20,000 bases of DNA from an uncultured virus (IMG/VR IMGVR_UViG_2579779168_000001) (IMGVR_UViG_2579779168_000001); one strand, 5' to 3'; positions 8,755-16,127 are shown, numbered from the stretch's first letter. Numbers and translations are program-made. Notes: generated by a model from the sequence alone, not told the origin.

Positions 8755-8772
8755 GGCCCCTCCTTTCAGGGT

Positions 8773-9117
8773 TCACGCGCCAAGGGCGTCGAGTTGTTCT
8801 TGAATGCGGCGCTGCTCGGCTCGCAGCGCGTCTTGCCGTTCACGGCGATGGGCTTCGTCGAGCCACGCCGGCGCCTTCGGGTACACGGCCATCAGGAACG
8901 CGGGGCCGTAGGCCAGGATCAGTAGAGAAAGCCCCGTCCACGAGGGCTTCGCCACACCCTCCAGCCAGCGCTTCACCGTATGAATTGGGAGCCCGATGTC
9001 GGCGGAGACGTGTTCTGCAGTCTTCACTGGATATCGCGCGCGGACGAACGCGACCGCGCGATCGGGACAAGCTTGGGACGTGATCGCCTCAATCTTGGTC
9101 TGTTCTGACCAATTCAT
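8773..9117 (-). CDS. CII-like/XRE-like HTH regulator downstream of cro (alternative start at 9282)
   Basis: KTAEHVSADIGLPIHTVKRWLEGVAKPS HTH plus a C-terminal coiled coil; occupies the cII position. Confidence 0.7.
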   Translation of the reverse strand: MNWSEQTKIEAITSQACPDRAVAFVRARYPVKTAEHVSADIGLPIHTVKRWLEGVAKPSWTGLSLLILAYGPAFLMAVYPKAPAWLDEAHRRERQDALRAEQRRIQEQLDALGA

Positions 9118-9284
9118 TTCCGGCCTCTTCTGCGAAGTTGGCTTCACAGACGAGGACGGCACTGCAGATCGCTTGGACGCGGACGCGGGATCGACCTTCC
9201 GGGGATGGCGGGCTGCAACCCGCGCCCCACCGGAATTCGAAGGAGATGATGGCAGTGGATGGAGAAGCGCGTGGCCCACCATGA

Positions 9285-9401
9285 CTAGCGCCCCGACAAA
9301 ACGAGGCCGATCAGCAGGATCGGCGCGAACGCGATGAGACCGGCGGCCGCAAGGGCGCCAACGAAGAGAACGCCGACGATGAGATCGAGGGCGCGGGACA
9401 T
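9285..9401 (-). CDS. Small membrane peptide (38 aa, MSRALDLIVGVLFVGALAAAGLIAFAPILLIGLVLSGR); not in the ORF track
   Basis: Translated by hand; ATG overlaps the cro stop (TGATG) with a GAGAGG SD upstream; almost wholly hydrophobic. Confidence 0.6.
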   Translation of the reverse strand: MSRALDLIVGVLFVGALAAAGLIAFAPILLIGLVLSGR

Positions 9402-9631
9402 CAGGCGACCTCTCTCGCAGGAGCGAACTTCTGGGATCGCAATTGGCGGAAGAGCGGGTAATCGACCCCGCTGATGCCGTGCTCGGGCGCCGCCTCAATG
9501 AGCAGTCCCCAGTACTCCGCAGGGATCGAGCCTCGCGTCTTCATGACGCGGACATGGCTCTCCTTCACGCCGAGAAGCTCGGCGACCACCTTCACGCCAA
9601 AGGCGTCGATCACGGATGCGAAGCTGTGCAT
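9401..9631 (-). CDS. cro: Cro-like transcriptional regulator
   Basis: 76 aa, SVIDAFGVKVVAELLGVKESHVRVMKTRGSIPAEYW HTH; divergent from the CI-like gene across the operators. Confidence 0.82.
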   Translation of the reverse strand: MHSFASVIDAFGVKVVAELLGVKESHVRVMKTRGSIPAEYWGLLIEAAPEHGISGVDYPLFRQLRSQKFAPAREVA

Positions 9632-9635
9632 ATCC

Positions 9636-9705
9636 GTATCGCTACACTAAGTAGCGATACTGGTCAATGCGGCACGTAGCGATATGGGCGCTACATTCTG
9701 TAGCA
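9636..9705. promoter_or_regulatory. OR-like operator region with divergent promoters
   Basis: Perfect palindrome GTATCGCTAC-actaa-GTAGCGATAC (9636-9660), half-degenerate site caatgc-N5-GTAGCG (9665-9681), and CGCTAC-attct-GTAGCa (9689-9705). The minus strand has TTGACC-N17-TAGCGA towards cro. Confidence 0.85.
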
Positions 9706-10460
9706 TGACCGACGACCGCATTCGAAAAGTTCAGGGGCAGCGGCTCGCTGAAGCTCGCCTCAAAGCGGGGTGGCGCTCGTCACGAGCAGCGGCGATTGAA
9801 AATGGTTGGGCAGAGTCCAGCTATCGCGCCCACGAAAACGGCAGCCGGACGATCGGCCAGAACGACGCCGAGACTTATGCGCGACGCTTTCGCGCTGCCG
9901 GAGTAAGCATCACCGCTCAAGAAATCCTGTTTGGTCCTAGTGCGGACGCTTCCCAGGATGACGCCTCTAAGCCCGACGAGCTCATCGTAGCCGGCGCGCG
10001 CATCCCTCTCTCTGATCGAGCCCTGCGCGGCGGCGCTCGTGACCTGCCAGTACCCGGAATCGCCCTTGGAGGTTCGGAGGAGGAAGGCGATTTTCAGCTC
10101 AATGGCGAGGTCCAGTACTTCTTGGACCGGCCTGCCGGGCTCGTTGGACGGAAGCGAGCATTTGCCGTCGTCATTCGGAACGACAGCATGATCCATTCCT
10201 ATAGGCCGAGCTGGCCGATCTTCGTGGATCCTGATGGGCGCCAGCCTGTCGCAGGCGTCGATGATGTCTTGATCGAACTCTATTCCGAGGAAGAGGGTCG
10301 GGCCGGACCGGCGTTTGTGAAGAAGCTCGTCTCGCGACGTGGCAGCGAGGTTGTTCTGTGGCAACAGAACCCCGAGAAGGAGATCCGCTTTCCTATTGAT
10401 CGGGTGAAGCAAATTCTCCGTGTTATCCCCTACCCCGAGGCTATGGGGTTGTCTGTGTGA
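9705..10460 (+). CDS. cI: CI-like repressor: XRE HTH plus S24 autopeptidase (alternative start at 9684)
   Basis: RLAEARLKAGW.S...AA..NGW..SSYRAHENGSR HTH; IALGG cleavage-site region; RNDSM (Ser) and FVKKL (Lys) catalytic motifs. Confidence 0.92.
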   Translation: MTDDRIRKVQGQRLAEARLKAGWRSSRAAAIENGWAESSYRAHENGSRTIGQNDAETYARRFRAAGVSITAQEILFGPSADASQDDASKPDELIVAGARIPLSDRALRGGARDLPVPGIALGGSEEEGDFQLNGEVQYFLDRPAGLVGRKRAFAVVIRNDSMIHSYRPSWPIFVDPDGRQPVAGVDDVLIELYSEEEGRAGPAFVKKLVSRRGSEVVLWQQNPEKEIRFPIDRVKQILRVIPYPEAMGLSV

Positions 10461-10510
10461 CTGACAGCCTCCACCGCCTCTAACTCGCGCTCGATCTTGG
10501 GGAGCGCTGG

Positions 10511-10816
10511 CTATGACAGCCCGGTCCTCCCGCAATCGAACTCGCGCAGAGCGGCTTCGATCTCGCGAAGTTTGATATCTGACGGCGGCGCCAGAATTTG
10601 GCTGTTCGCTCCGCCAACAGTCCCGCACATCGGCATGACGCTAGCATCCTCGTCTAGGCCGTACTCTTCAAATTCAAACTGCATCTCGGGGAATTCGCGG
10701 CGCAGGTACGCTTCGATCCGCTCGCGCGCCCCATTGAACGCGCGCTCCTTGCCGAGTGGCGGGAACACGACGATCTGCTTCGTCTCGGGCAATCCTTCAT
10801 GCCACGGTTTCATCAC
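10511..10816 (-). CDS. Hypothetical protein (about 101 aa), second gene of the SOS-boxed operon
   Basis: GTGA overlap with the upstream Zn-ribbon gene and a GAGG SD; convergent on cI. Confidence 0.65.
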   Translation of the reverse strand: MMKPWHEGLPETKQIVVFPPLGKERAFNGARERIEAYLRREFPEMQFEFEEYGLDEDASVMPMCGTVGGANSQILAPPSDIKLREIEAALREFDCGRTGLS

Positions 10817-11055
10817 TCACCTCGCTTGATTGGATAGACGCTGACGTTTTTGCCGAGGCCGCCACGGTCGCGGCAGACGGCGCAATGCAGTTTGTCGTGC
10901 AGCCCAATCAGGCTGAAGACGCCGTTTGCTATGTGCCGTCGGATCTCACCAGGCGGCATTCGCTTGGTGCGGCCACAGTCCTCACACCTGATGTCGATCG
11001 CTCGAAATAGCGATAATTCCGGCCGCAACGGCCCCTCTTCCGCCCATAGGCTCAT
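10813..11055 (-). CDS. Small Zn-ribbon protein (CxxC...CxxC, 80 aa)
   Basis: IRCEDCGR...LHCAVCRDRG; preceded by a LexA box. Confidence 0.75.
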   Translation of the reverse strand: MSLWAEEGPLRPELSLFRAIDIRCEDCGRTKRMPPGEIRRHIANGVFSLIGLHDKLHCAVCRDRGGLGKNVSVYPIKRGE

Positions 11056-11074
11056 CTCGACGCCACCCAGTTTT

Positions 11075-11089
11075 GTTCTCGTTGCGTTC
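11075..11089 (-). promoter_or_regulatory. Alphaproteobacterial LexA (SOS) box
   Basis: GTTC-tcgttgc-GTTC (GAAC-N7-GAAC on the minus strand), intergenic, about 20 bp upstream of the ATG at 11055. Confidence 0.8.
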
Positions 11090-11171
11090 CCATTGAAGCC
11101 AGACGCGCCGCCATGAGTCGAGTCGAGTTTTCGCGCTACTGACGCGCGCTGTCAGGAAACGCCTAATCAGG

Positions 11172-11217
11172 ATCGCTACATGGCGTGTTGACATAGATCG
11201 CTACTTCATGTAGCGAT
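11172..11217 (+). promoter_or_regulatory. PL/OL-like promoter-operator of the rightward early operon
   Basis: TTGACA (11188-11193)-N17-TAGCGA overlapped by the perfect palindrome ATCGCTAC-ttcat-GTAGCGAT (11197-11217); extra half-site ATCGCTAC at 11172-11179; same motif as OR. Confidence 0.85.
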
Positions 11218-11253
11218 ACTTCCATCAGCCAACCGGCGATGGGGATCGACGCA

Positions 11254-11592
11254 ATGGCCTACAGCCACACAATCTACGTCAACATCGGCAGCGCGGAGAT
11301 CGCGCTCGATGTCAGCTACACGGTGACGCCGGGCTTTGCCGGCGACCGTGTTGACCCGCCCTACCCGGCTGAGGCGAGCGTCTCCAAAGTCGAGGCGATC
11401 ATCGAGACTTGGCGCTTCGGCAAGAAGACGACCGAGCGCAAGCCGGTCGAGGGCTGGCTGTTCAATCTCATCGCCAGCGACGCCGAGATCAACGCTGACC
11501 TGCTCAGCGAGGCCGGCGAGGAAGATGATTACCGCGCGGACGAAGCGGCTGAGATGCGCCGTGAAGACCTTCGCATGCAGGCGGCGGAATGA
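11254..11592 (+). CDS. Phage hypothetical protein, first gene of the PL operon
   Basis: GGGGA SD upstream, acidic C-terminus, ATGA coupling to the next gene. Confidence 0.75.
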   Translation: MAYSHTIYVNIGSAEIALDVSYTVTPGFAGDRVDPPYPAEASVSKVEAIIETWRFGKKTTERKPVEGWLFNLIASDAEINADLLSEAGEEDDYRADEAAEMRREDLRMQAAE

Positions 11593-11828
11593 CGGCCGTG
11601 AAGCACGCCACCCGCGAGCGCAAAGAGCGCTTTCTCCGCAGCTTCGACGCTTACAAGGGCCCGTTGCGCACGGCAATCACCGCGATCAGCGAGCGCATTT
11701 ATCGCGACGGCCTTGACTGGCTGTCCGACGAGCAACTGACCGAGATCACGTCGGATGTCGCCGAGAACGCGATGTCCGCCAACCGCCGCATGGTTCGAAA
11801 CCGCGCAATCCTCCGGAGGGCTTCCTAA
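11589..11828 (+). CDS. Phage hypothetical protein (79 aa)
   Basis: Coupled overlaps at both ends. Confidence 0.7.
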   Translation: MTAVKHATRERKERFLRSFDAYKGPLRTAITAISERIYRDGLDWLSDEQLTEITSDVAENAMSANRRMVRNRAILRRAS

Positions 11829-12082
11829 TGCCCCGTTTTCCGACGCCGACCGAGCCCGGCCACTACTGGGCGAAACTCGTCCATCCAACCCGCATGCCGG
11901 AAGGCGAGGATTGGGCCTCCGTCGATTGGGAAGTGGTCCAGGTTTTCGAAAACTGCCTGGACCGCGACGGCCCCGAATATCTCGGCGTGCACGTCCCTGG
12001 CGTGAAATTCGTCCAGTGGGTTCCCGATTTTGTCTGGGGTCCGGCTGTTCCGGTTCCTTCCGATCTTCGGAGGGCTTCGTGA
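11828..12082 (+). CDS. Phage hypothetical protein (84 aa, P.EPG.YW motif)
   Basis: TAATG/TGATG overlaps with GGAGG SD; Trp-rich small phage-like domain. Confidence 0.75.
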   Translation: MPRFPTPTEPGHYWAKLVHPTRMPEGEDWASVDWEVVQVFENCLDRDGPEYLGVHVPGVKFVQWVPDFVWGPAVPVPSDLRRAS

Positions 12083-12324
12083 TGTCCAACGCCGCCCGCG
12101 AATACGAATACTGGCTCCGCGCCGCTCACCTGGACACGAAACGCTGGGAAGCCGAGCGCTCGCCTGCGGCTCAGTCCCTCTACCTGAACCTCGTCGTGTC
12201 TTCGCTGACGCGGGCTCTGGTCAGCGCCAACAAGCTGAACGACCGCGACCGCCGCGCCTACTGCATGCGCAATCTCGGCCGCGCTCGCGCCCTCCTCAAC
12301 CGCATTGAACGGAGCGCAGCATGA
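12082..12324 (+). CDS. Phage hypothetical protein (80 aa, MSNAAREYEYWL...)
   Basis: GGAGG SD and TGATG overlap; C-terminal part of track ORF 11755..12324. Confidence 0.7.
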   Translation: MSNAAREYEYWLRAAHLDTKRWEAERSPAAQSLYLNLVVSSLTRALVSANKLNDRDRRAYCMRNLGRARALLNRIERSAA

Positions 12325-12635
12325 GCACGCGGGTTCTCCACATCCCGGCAAAAAGCCTGAGCGAGGCGCGCATGGTTGCGCATGCTGTCGAGGCCGGTCG
12401 CGTGCCCTGCCTCAAGCAGTATCTCGACGAAGCCCGCGCGAAGGCATCGGCCGCTTCCCTGACCGAGCTTCACCGCGTCCCGTACACCGTGATCCCGATC
12501 ATCATGGTTGATGGGTTGACCGACGACGGCCGGATCAAGATCGCACGTGTCGCCAATACGGCCGGGCAGGCAGTGGCCGCCCTTCTCCTCGTCATCGGCG
12601 GCTCCTTCCTCGTCGGATGGGGAAGCCTGCTGTGA
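12321..12635 (+). CDS. Phage protein with a C-terminal transmembrane helix (104 aa)
   Basis: ATGA overlap; ends AVAALLLVIGGSFLVGWGSLL. Confidence 0.7.
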   Translation: MSTRVLHIPAKSLSEARMVAHAVEAGRVPCLKQYLDEARAKASAASLTELHRVPYTVIPIIMVDGLTDDGRIKIARVANTAGQAVAALLLVIGGSFLVGWGSLL

Positions 12636-12758
12636 CGCGCATTTCACGCCTTGCTGGGGAGGCGGCGCAGGCCGCCGTTCCCCCTTCGCCCGGCCCGCTC
12701 TCGATGGTCGAGAACCGGGATGGTGTCCGCCTCTCCAGCAAACCCAGGGGAGATCGCG

Positions 12759-12947
12759 ATGCAGCCTGAACCGCTGTTCCAGGCGTTCGATGCCGGTTGG
12801 CTGATCATCGGCGGCGCTGTGCTGCTGATCGGCGCCCTCTGGTGGGACATCAACCGCAGCGATGAGCCCGTTCACGACGATGAGGACTGGGATGTCGAGC
12901 CCCGCCGGCACGACCCGGAAGCCGACGCCCGGAACTGGCCATTCTGA
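12759..12947 (+). CDS. Small single-pass membrane protein (62 aa)
   Basis: GGGGAG SD at 12747-12752; WLIIGGAVLLIGALWW TM segment followed by an acidic tail. Confidence 0.65.
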   Translation: MQPEPLFQAFDAGWLIIGGAVLLIGALWWDINRSDEPVHDDEDWDVEPRRHDPEADARNWPF

Positions 12948-12979
12948 ACCAAAACCCAACTCAAGCAGGAACAAGATCC

Positions 12980-13795
12980 ATGGCACAGGAATGGCTTGAA
13001 GACGCCAACGGCAACCGCTGTTCGGTCGAGTATTTCGGCTCCCGCGAGGAAGCGCAGAAGGCTCTCGATAGCCTCGAAAACTGCGAGAATTGCGCCAACT
13101 GCTCGCGCTGCTCGGGCTGCTCGGACTGCTCGGACTGCTCGNNNNNNNNNNNNNNNNNNNNNNNNNNNNNNNNNNNNNNNNNNNNNNNNNNNNNNNNNNN
13201 NNNNNNNNNNNNNNNNNNNNNNNNNNNNNNNNNNNNNNNNNNNNNNNNNNNNNNNNNNNNNNNNNNNNNNNNNNNNNNNNNNNNNNNNNNNNNNNNNNNN
13301 NGCTCGCGCTGCTCGCGCTGCTCGGGCTGCTCGCGCTGCTCGGGCTGCTCGGACTGCTCGGGCTGCTCGGACTGCTCGCGCTGCTCGGGCTGCTCGCATG
13401 TCGCCTTCCTCTGGAACAAGAAGGACGAGAAGGGCGACCCGAGCGCCGACATCCCGGCCGGACCGCCGCAGGTTCCTGTCATCGAGAATATCCACCAGAA
13501 GGTGTTCGAGGCCGCTTCGGCGCCCGGCGCGCTGCGCATGAGCTCGTGGCACACCTGCGGCACGACGCACTGCCGAGCCGGCTGGGTCGTTCATCTTGCA
13601 GGCGACGCTGGTTATGCGCTGGAGCGGTTTTTCAACACCGAGCTCGCGGCGATGAAGATTTACGACGCGAGCAGCGATCTTCCCAAGGTCTCGCCCGTCC
13701 ACTTCTACGACGGCAACGAAGCCGCCCTCGCCGACATGAAGCGCATGGCGGATCTGGAAGCGGCCGCCAACGCGCCAGAGCCGCAGGCGGCCTGA
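12980..13795 (+). CDS. Cys-rich tripeptide-repeat (CSx)n protein with a C-terminal WHTCGTTHCRAGW domain; spans an assembly gap
   Basis: AGGA SD upstream; unique N- and C-terminal domains flank in-frame CSR/CSG/CSD repeats; true length is uncertain because of the N run. Confidence 0.75.
   Translation: MAQEWLEDANGNRCSVEYFGSREEAQKALDSLENCENCANCSRCSGCSDCSDCSXXXXXXXXXXXXXXXXXXXXXXXXXXXXXXXXXXXXXXXXXXXXXXXXXXXXXXSRCSRCSGCSRCSGCSDCSGCSDCSRCSGCSHVAFLWNKKDEKGDPSADIPAGPPQVPVIENIHQKVFEAASAPGALRMSSWHTCGTTHCRAGWVVHLAGDAGYALERFFNTELAAMKIYDASSDLPKVSPVHFYDGNEAALADMKRMADLEAAANAPEPQAA
13081..13396 (+). repeat. 9-bp tandem repeat TGCTCG(CGC/GGC/GAC), interrupted by a 160-N gap at 13142-13301
   Basis: Repeat units are directly visible on both sides of the gap. 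Confidence 0.9.
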
Positions 13796-13956
13796 TGCCA
13801 ACCCGGCGCGCCTCCGATGGTTCGTTGAGGCGCGCCACCCTCGCAGTCCACATGCGGCTCCAAGCCGAAACGGAAGCCCGCAAGGCCGGGCTGCAAATCA
13901 CAGCCTGGCGCGACGGCAAGCCGGTCGTCCGCCTCCCGATGAGGAAGCCGAAATGA
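13795..13956 (+). CDS. Small basic phage protein (53 aa, MPTRRASDGSL...)
   Basis: TGATG and ATGA overlaps with both neighbours. Confidence 0.6.
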   Translation: MPTRRASDGSLRRATLAVHMRLQAETEARKAGLQITAWRDGKPVVRLPMRKPK

Positions 13957-14897
13957 CCGAAGCCGCGCTGAAAGAGGATTTCTCATACTGGAAGGCGCAG
14001 TTGGCCGGCCAGAACCCCGAACTGACCGACAAGCTGCCGCGTTGCGGCTGCTATCGGTACCGCGGCGATCCGGTCCTGATCCGCGTCGTCGACGGGACCA
14101 TGTTCGCCTGGATTGGCCGCAAAGGTCAGCAGACGCGCCGGCTGGCTGACGCCTCGTTCGCGGAGACGACCTTCTCGTTCTTCTGCCGCGACGCCATCAG
14201 CTCAGACCTCTACGACGCCGTCGCCAACAAGAACCAGCCGTGGCCGGAGGACATCGAGAGCCTCGACGACGCCCGCTCCAACTTTCCGACCGATCCGTTC
14301 GAAGCGCTGATCGCAGAGCTCGATCTGATCGAGTTGAAGATCGCCGAGTTTTTCAAGACGCCGGTCCTTGCCGGAGACGATGTCCGCGCCCTTCAGGCCG
14401 ACAAGTGGAAGGAACGAGCGCGCGAACTCTCCGGCAAGATCGAGGACATGCGGGTCGCGGCGAAAAAGCCGATCGATCAGCAGGCCAAGGAGATCCAGAA
14501 GAAGTTCGTTCCGCCGCGCGACCGCGCCGATGCCTTGGTCTCCAAGGTCAATACCGGAATGTCGGTCTATTCCCTGGCGAAGAAGCGGGCTGTCGAGGCG
14601 CAGGAAGCCGCTGATCGCGCGGCGCGGGTAAAAGCTGCCGCTGCCATGGGCGAAGCCGCCCCGGTTGAGCAGGCGCCCGTGCGCGGCCGCAGCAAGGTCG
14701 CCACCAACAGCACGACCGTCCGGACGCGCAAGGTGGCCGTCATCAATGATCTGCCCGCCGCGGCAGCTTTCTATGCGGCCCTCCCCGAGCCCCCGGTCCA
14801 GTTCGTGACGGTCATCAAGCAGATGGCCGAGCAGAACCTAAAAACCGGCGTCGCCGTGCCGGGCTGCGAACTGAAAACCCTCGAATACGTCGCCTGA
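13953..14897 (+). CDS. Coiled-coil phage protein of the recombination module (314 aa)
   Basis: AAKKPIDQQAKEIQKKF coiled coil and C-terminal VPGC motif, reminiscent of Gp157/DUF1351/Gam-like proteins that precede annealing proteins; exact family not assigned. Confidence 0.75.
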   Translation: MTEAALKEDFSYWKAQLAGQNPELTDKLPRCGCYRYRGDPVLIRVVDGTMFAWIGRKGQQTRRLADASFAETTFSFFCRDAISSDLYDAVANKNQPWPEDIESLDDARSNFPTDPFEALIAELDLIELKIAEFFKTPVLAGDDVRALQADKWKERARELSGKIEDMRVAAKKPIDQQAKEIQKKFVPPRDRADALVSKVNTGMSVYSLAKKRAVEAQEAADRAARVKAAAAMGEAAPVEQAPVRGRSKVATNSTTVRTRKVAVINDLPAAAAFYAALPEPPVQFVTVIKQMAEQNLKTGVAVPGCELKTLEYVA

Positions 14898-14906
14898 GAG
14901 GCCATC

Positions 14907-16127
14907 ATGAACGCCATTGCCAAAATCGAGCCGCGCAAGTCCGTCATCGCCACCCTTGCCGATTCCTACGGGATGGAGGCGCAGGCCTTCGAGGCGACCT
15001 TGAGGGGTACGGTGTTCCCGGCATCGGGGACGCGCGAGGAATTCGCCGCCTTTGTGCTCGTCGCGAAGGAATACCGGCTGAACCCGCTTCTGCGCGAGAT
15101 CTATGCCTTCCCGAAGAAGGGCGGCGGCATCGTTCCGATCGTCGGCATCGACGGCTGGCTGAACCTTATCAATGGCCACCAGCAGTTCGACGGCATGGAA
15201 TTCGACCAGCACGACGACGAGAAGGGCGCTCTGATCGCGGTCACCTGCCGCATCTTCCGCAAGGATCGGTCCCATCCGACGGTGGTGACCGAGTATCTCG
15301 AGGAGTGCATTCGGGGCACCGAGCCCTGGAAGATGAAGCGCCGGATGCTACGCCACAAGGCGGCCATGCAGTGCGCCCGCTATGCCTTCGGCTTCAGCGG
15401 CATCTACGACGAGGACGAAGCCGCCGATATCGCCCAGGTGCGCGAAGTTGGCGGGGGCTCGCTTCCAACCGCGCCGCCGCCCCCTCCTTCTGACGATGAA
15501 CTCAATTCGGCTTTGAACGTTGAGGATGCAGTCGTCGTTTCCGATTCCGCTGATATCGCTCCCAAGGATGCAGCGGACGCCGCCGGCGCATCGACAACGG
15601 CCCCCCAGTCCGACGATGCGCCGGTGGCACCCTCCGATGATGCGATCGATCCCGAGGCCGAACTGTCGAACCTCGACGAGAAGCTAGGCTTCGCGACCAA
15701 CTCCGATGATGTCGAAGCCTGGTACGTCGAGACGGATGTCGAGGCGGTGCTGGCTGACTTCTCCGGCTTCGTGGAGCGCGCCCGTGAGATCCGCGACCGT
15801 CACGTTCAGCGGACCTCGCGCCAGACCGATGCATCTCCCGCTGCGCCGTCCGCCGATGAGGCCAGCGACGATGTTCCACCACCTCCGGCCGGCGATGATG
15901 ATGCTGGCCAGCCGGAGGATATGAGCACGCCGGAAGCCTATGAGGCTCTGGTGAAGGCGAAGCTGACCGCCGCCAGCGACTTCAAGGGCTACGAGGAGGT
16001 CCGCTCCTGGTGGAGCGCAACGCGACCTGTCCGGCACGCCCTCGGCATCAAAGAGCACGCTGATATCGAGCGGCTGCAGAACCACTTCGCTGCCCGCAAG
16101 GGCGAGCTCGAAAAGGCGAAGGGCTGA
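14907..16127 (+). CDS. bet: Single-strand annealing protein, lambda Bet/RecT family, with a long acidic C-terminal extension
   Basis: YRLNPLLREIYAFPKKGGGIVPIVGIDGWL...CRIFRKDRSHP...EY..EC...PW...RMLRHKA.MQCARYAFGFSGIYDEDEA is the hallmark Red-beta core. Confidence 0.93.
   Translation: MNAIAKIEPRKSVIATLADSYGMEAQAFEATLRGTVFPASGTREEFAAFVLVAKEYRLNPLLREIYAFPKKGGGIVPIVGIDGWLNLINGHQQFDGMEFDQHDDEKGALIAVTCRIFRKDRSHPTVVTEYLEECIRGTEPWKMKRRMLRHKAAMQCARYAFGFSGIYDEDEAADIAQVREVGGGSLPTAPPPPPSDDELNSALNVEDAVVVSDSADIAPKDAADAAGASTTAPQSDDAPVAPSDDAIDPEAELSNLDEKLGFATNSDDVEAWYVETDVEAVLADFSGFVERAREIRDRHVQRTSRQTDASPAAPSADEASDDVPPPPAGDDDAGQPEDMSTPEAYEALVKAKLTAASDFKGYEEVRSWWSATRPVRHALGIKEHADIERLQNHFAARKGELEKAKG

Noticed and set aside
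10461..10510. Intrinsic terminator between cI and the convergent operon
   Set aside because: Only a 6-bp stem (GCGCTC/GAGCGC) with a 9-nt loop and no U-tract; too weak to call.
9780..10628. 282-aa ORF antisense to cI
   Set aside because: Shadow ORF of a GC-rich gene with no motifs; cI has clear family motifs.
11254..11592. DPPY tetrapeptide suggesting an adenine methyltransferase
   Set aside because: Protein is only ~112 aa and lacks a SAM-binding FxGxG motif; likely coincidental.
12946..12960. GAAC-N7-CAAC as a second SOS box upstream of the Cys-repeat gene
   Set aside because: One mismatch in a short motif and no evident promoter; chance occurrence is likely.
13081..13396. Tandem repeat as a CRISPR array, or the alternative-frame (RAA)n, (LLG)n and (EQx)n ORFs
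   Set aside because: Units are 9 bp with no spacers. The other frames are by-products of the repeat; only the Cys frame has an SD, unique flanking domains and operon coupling.
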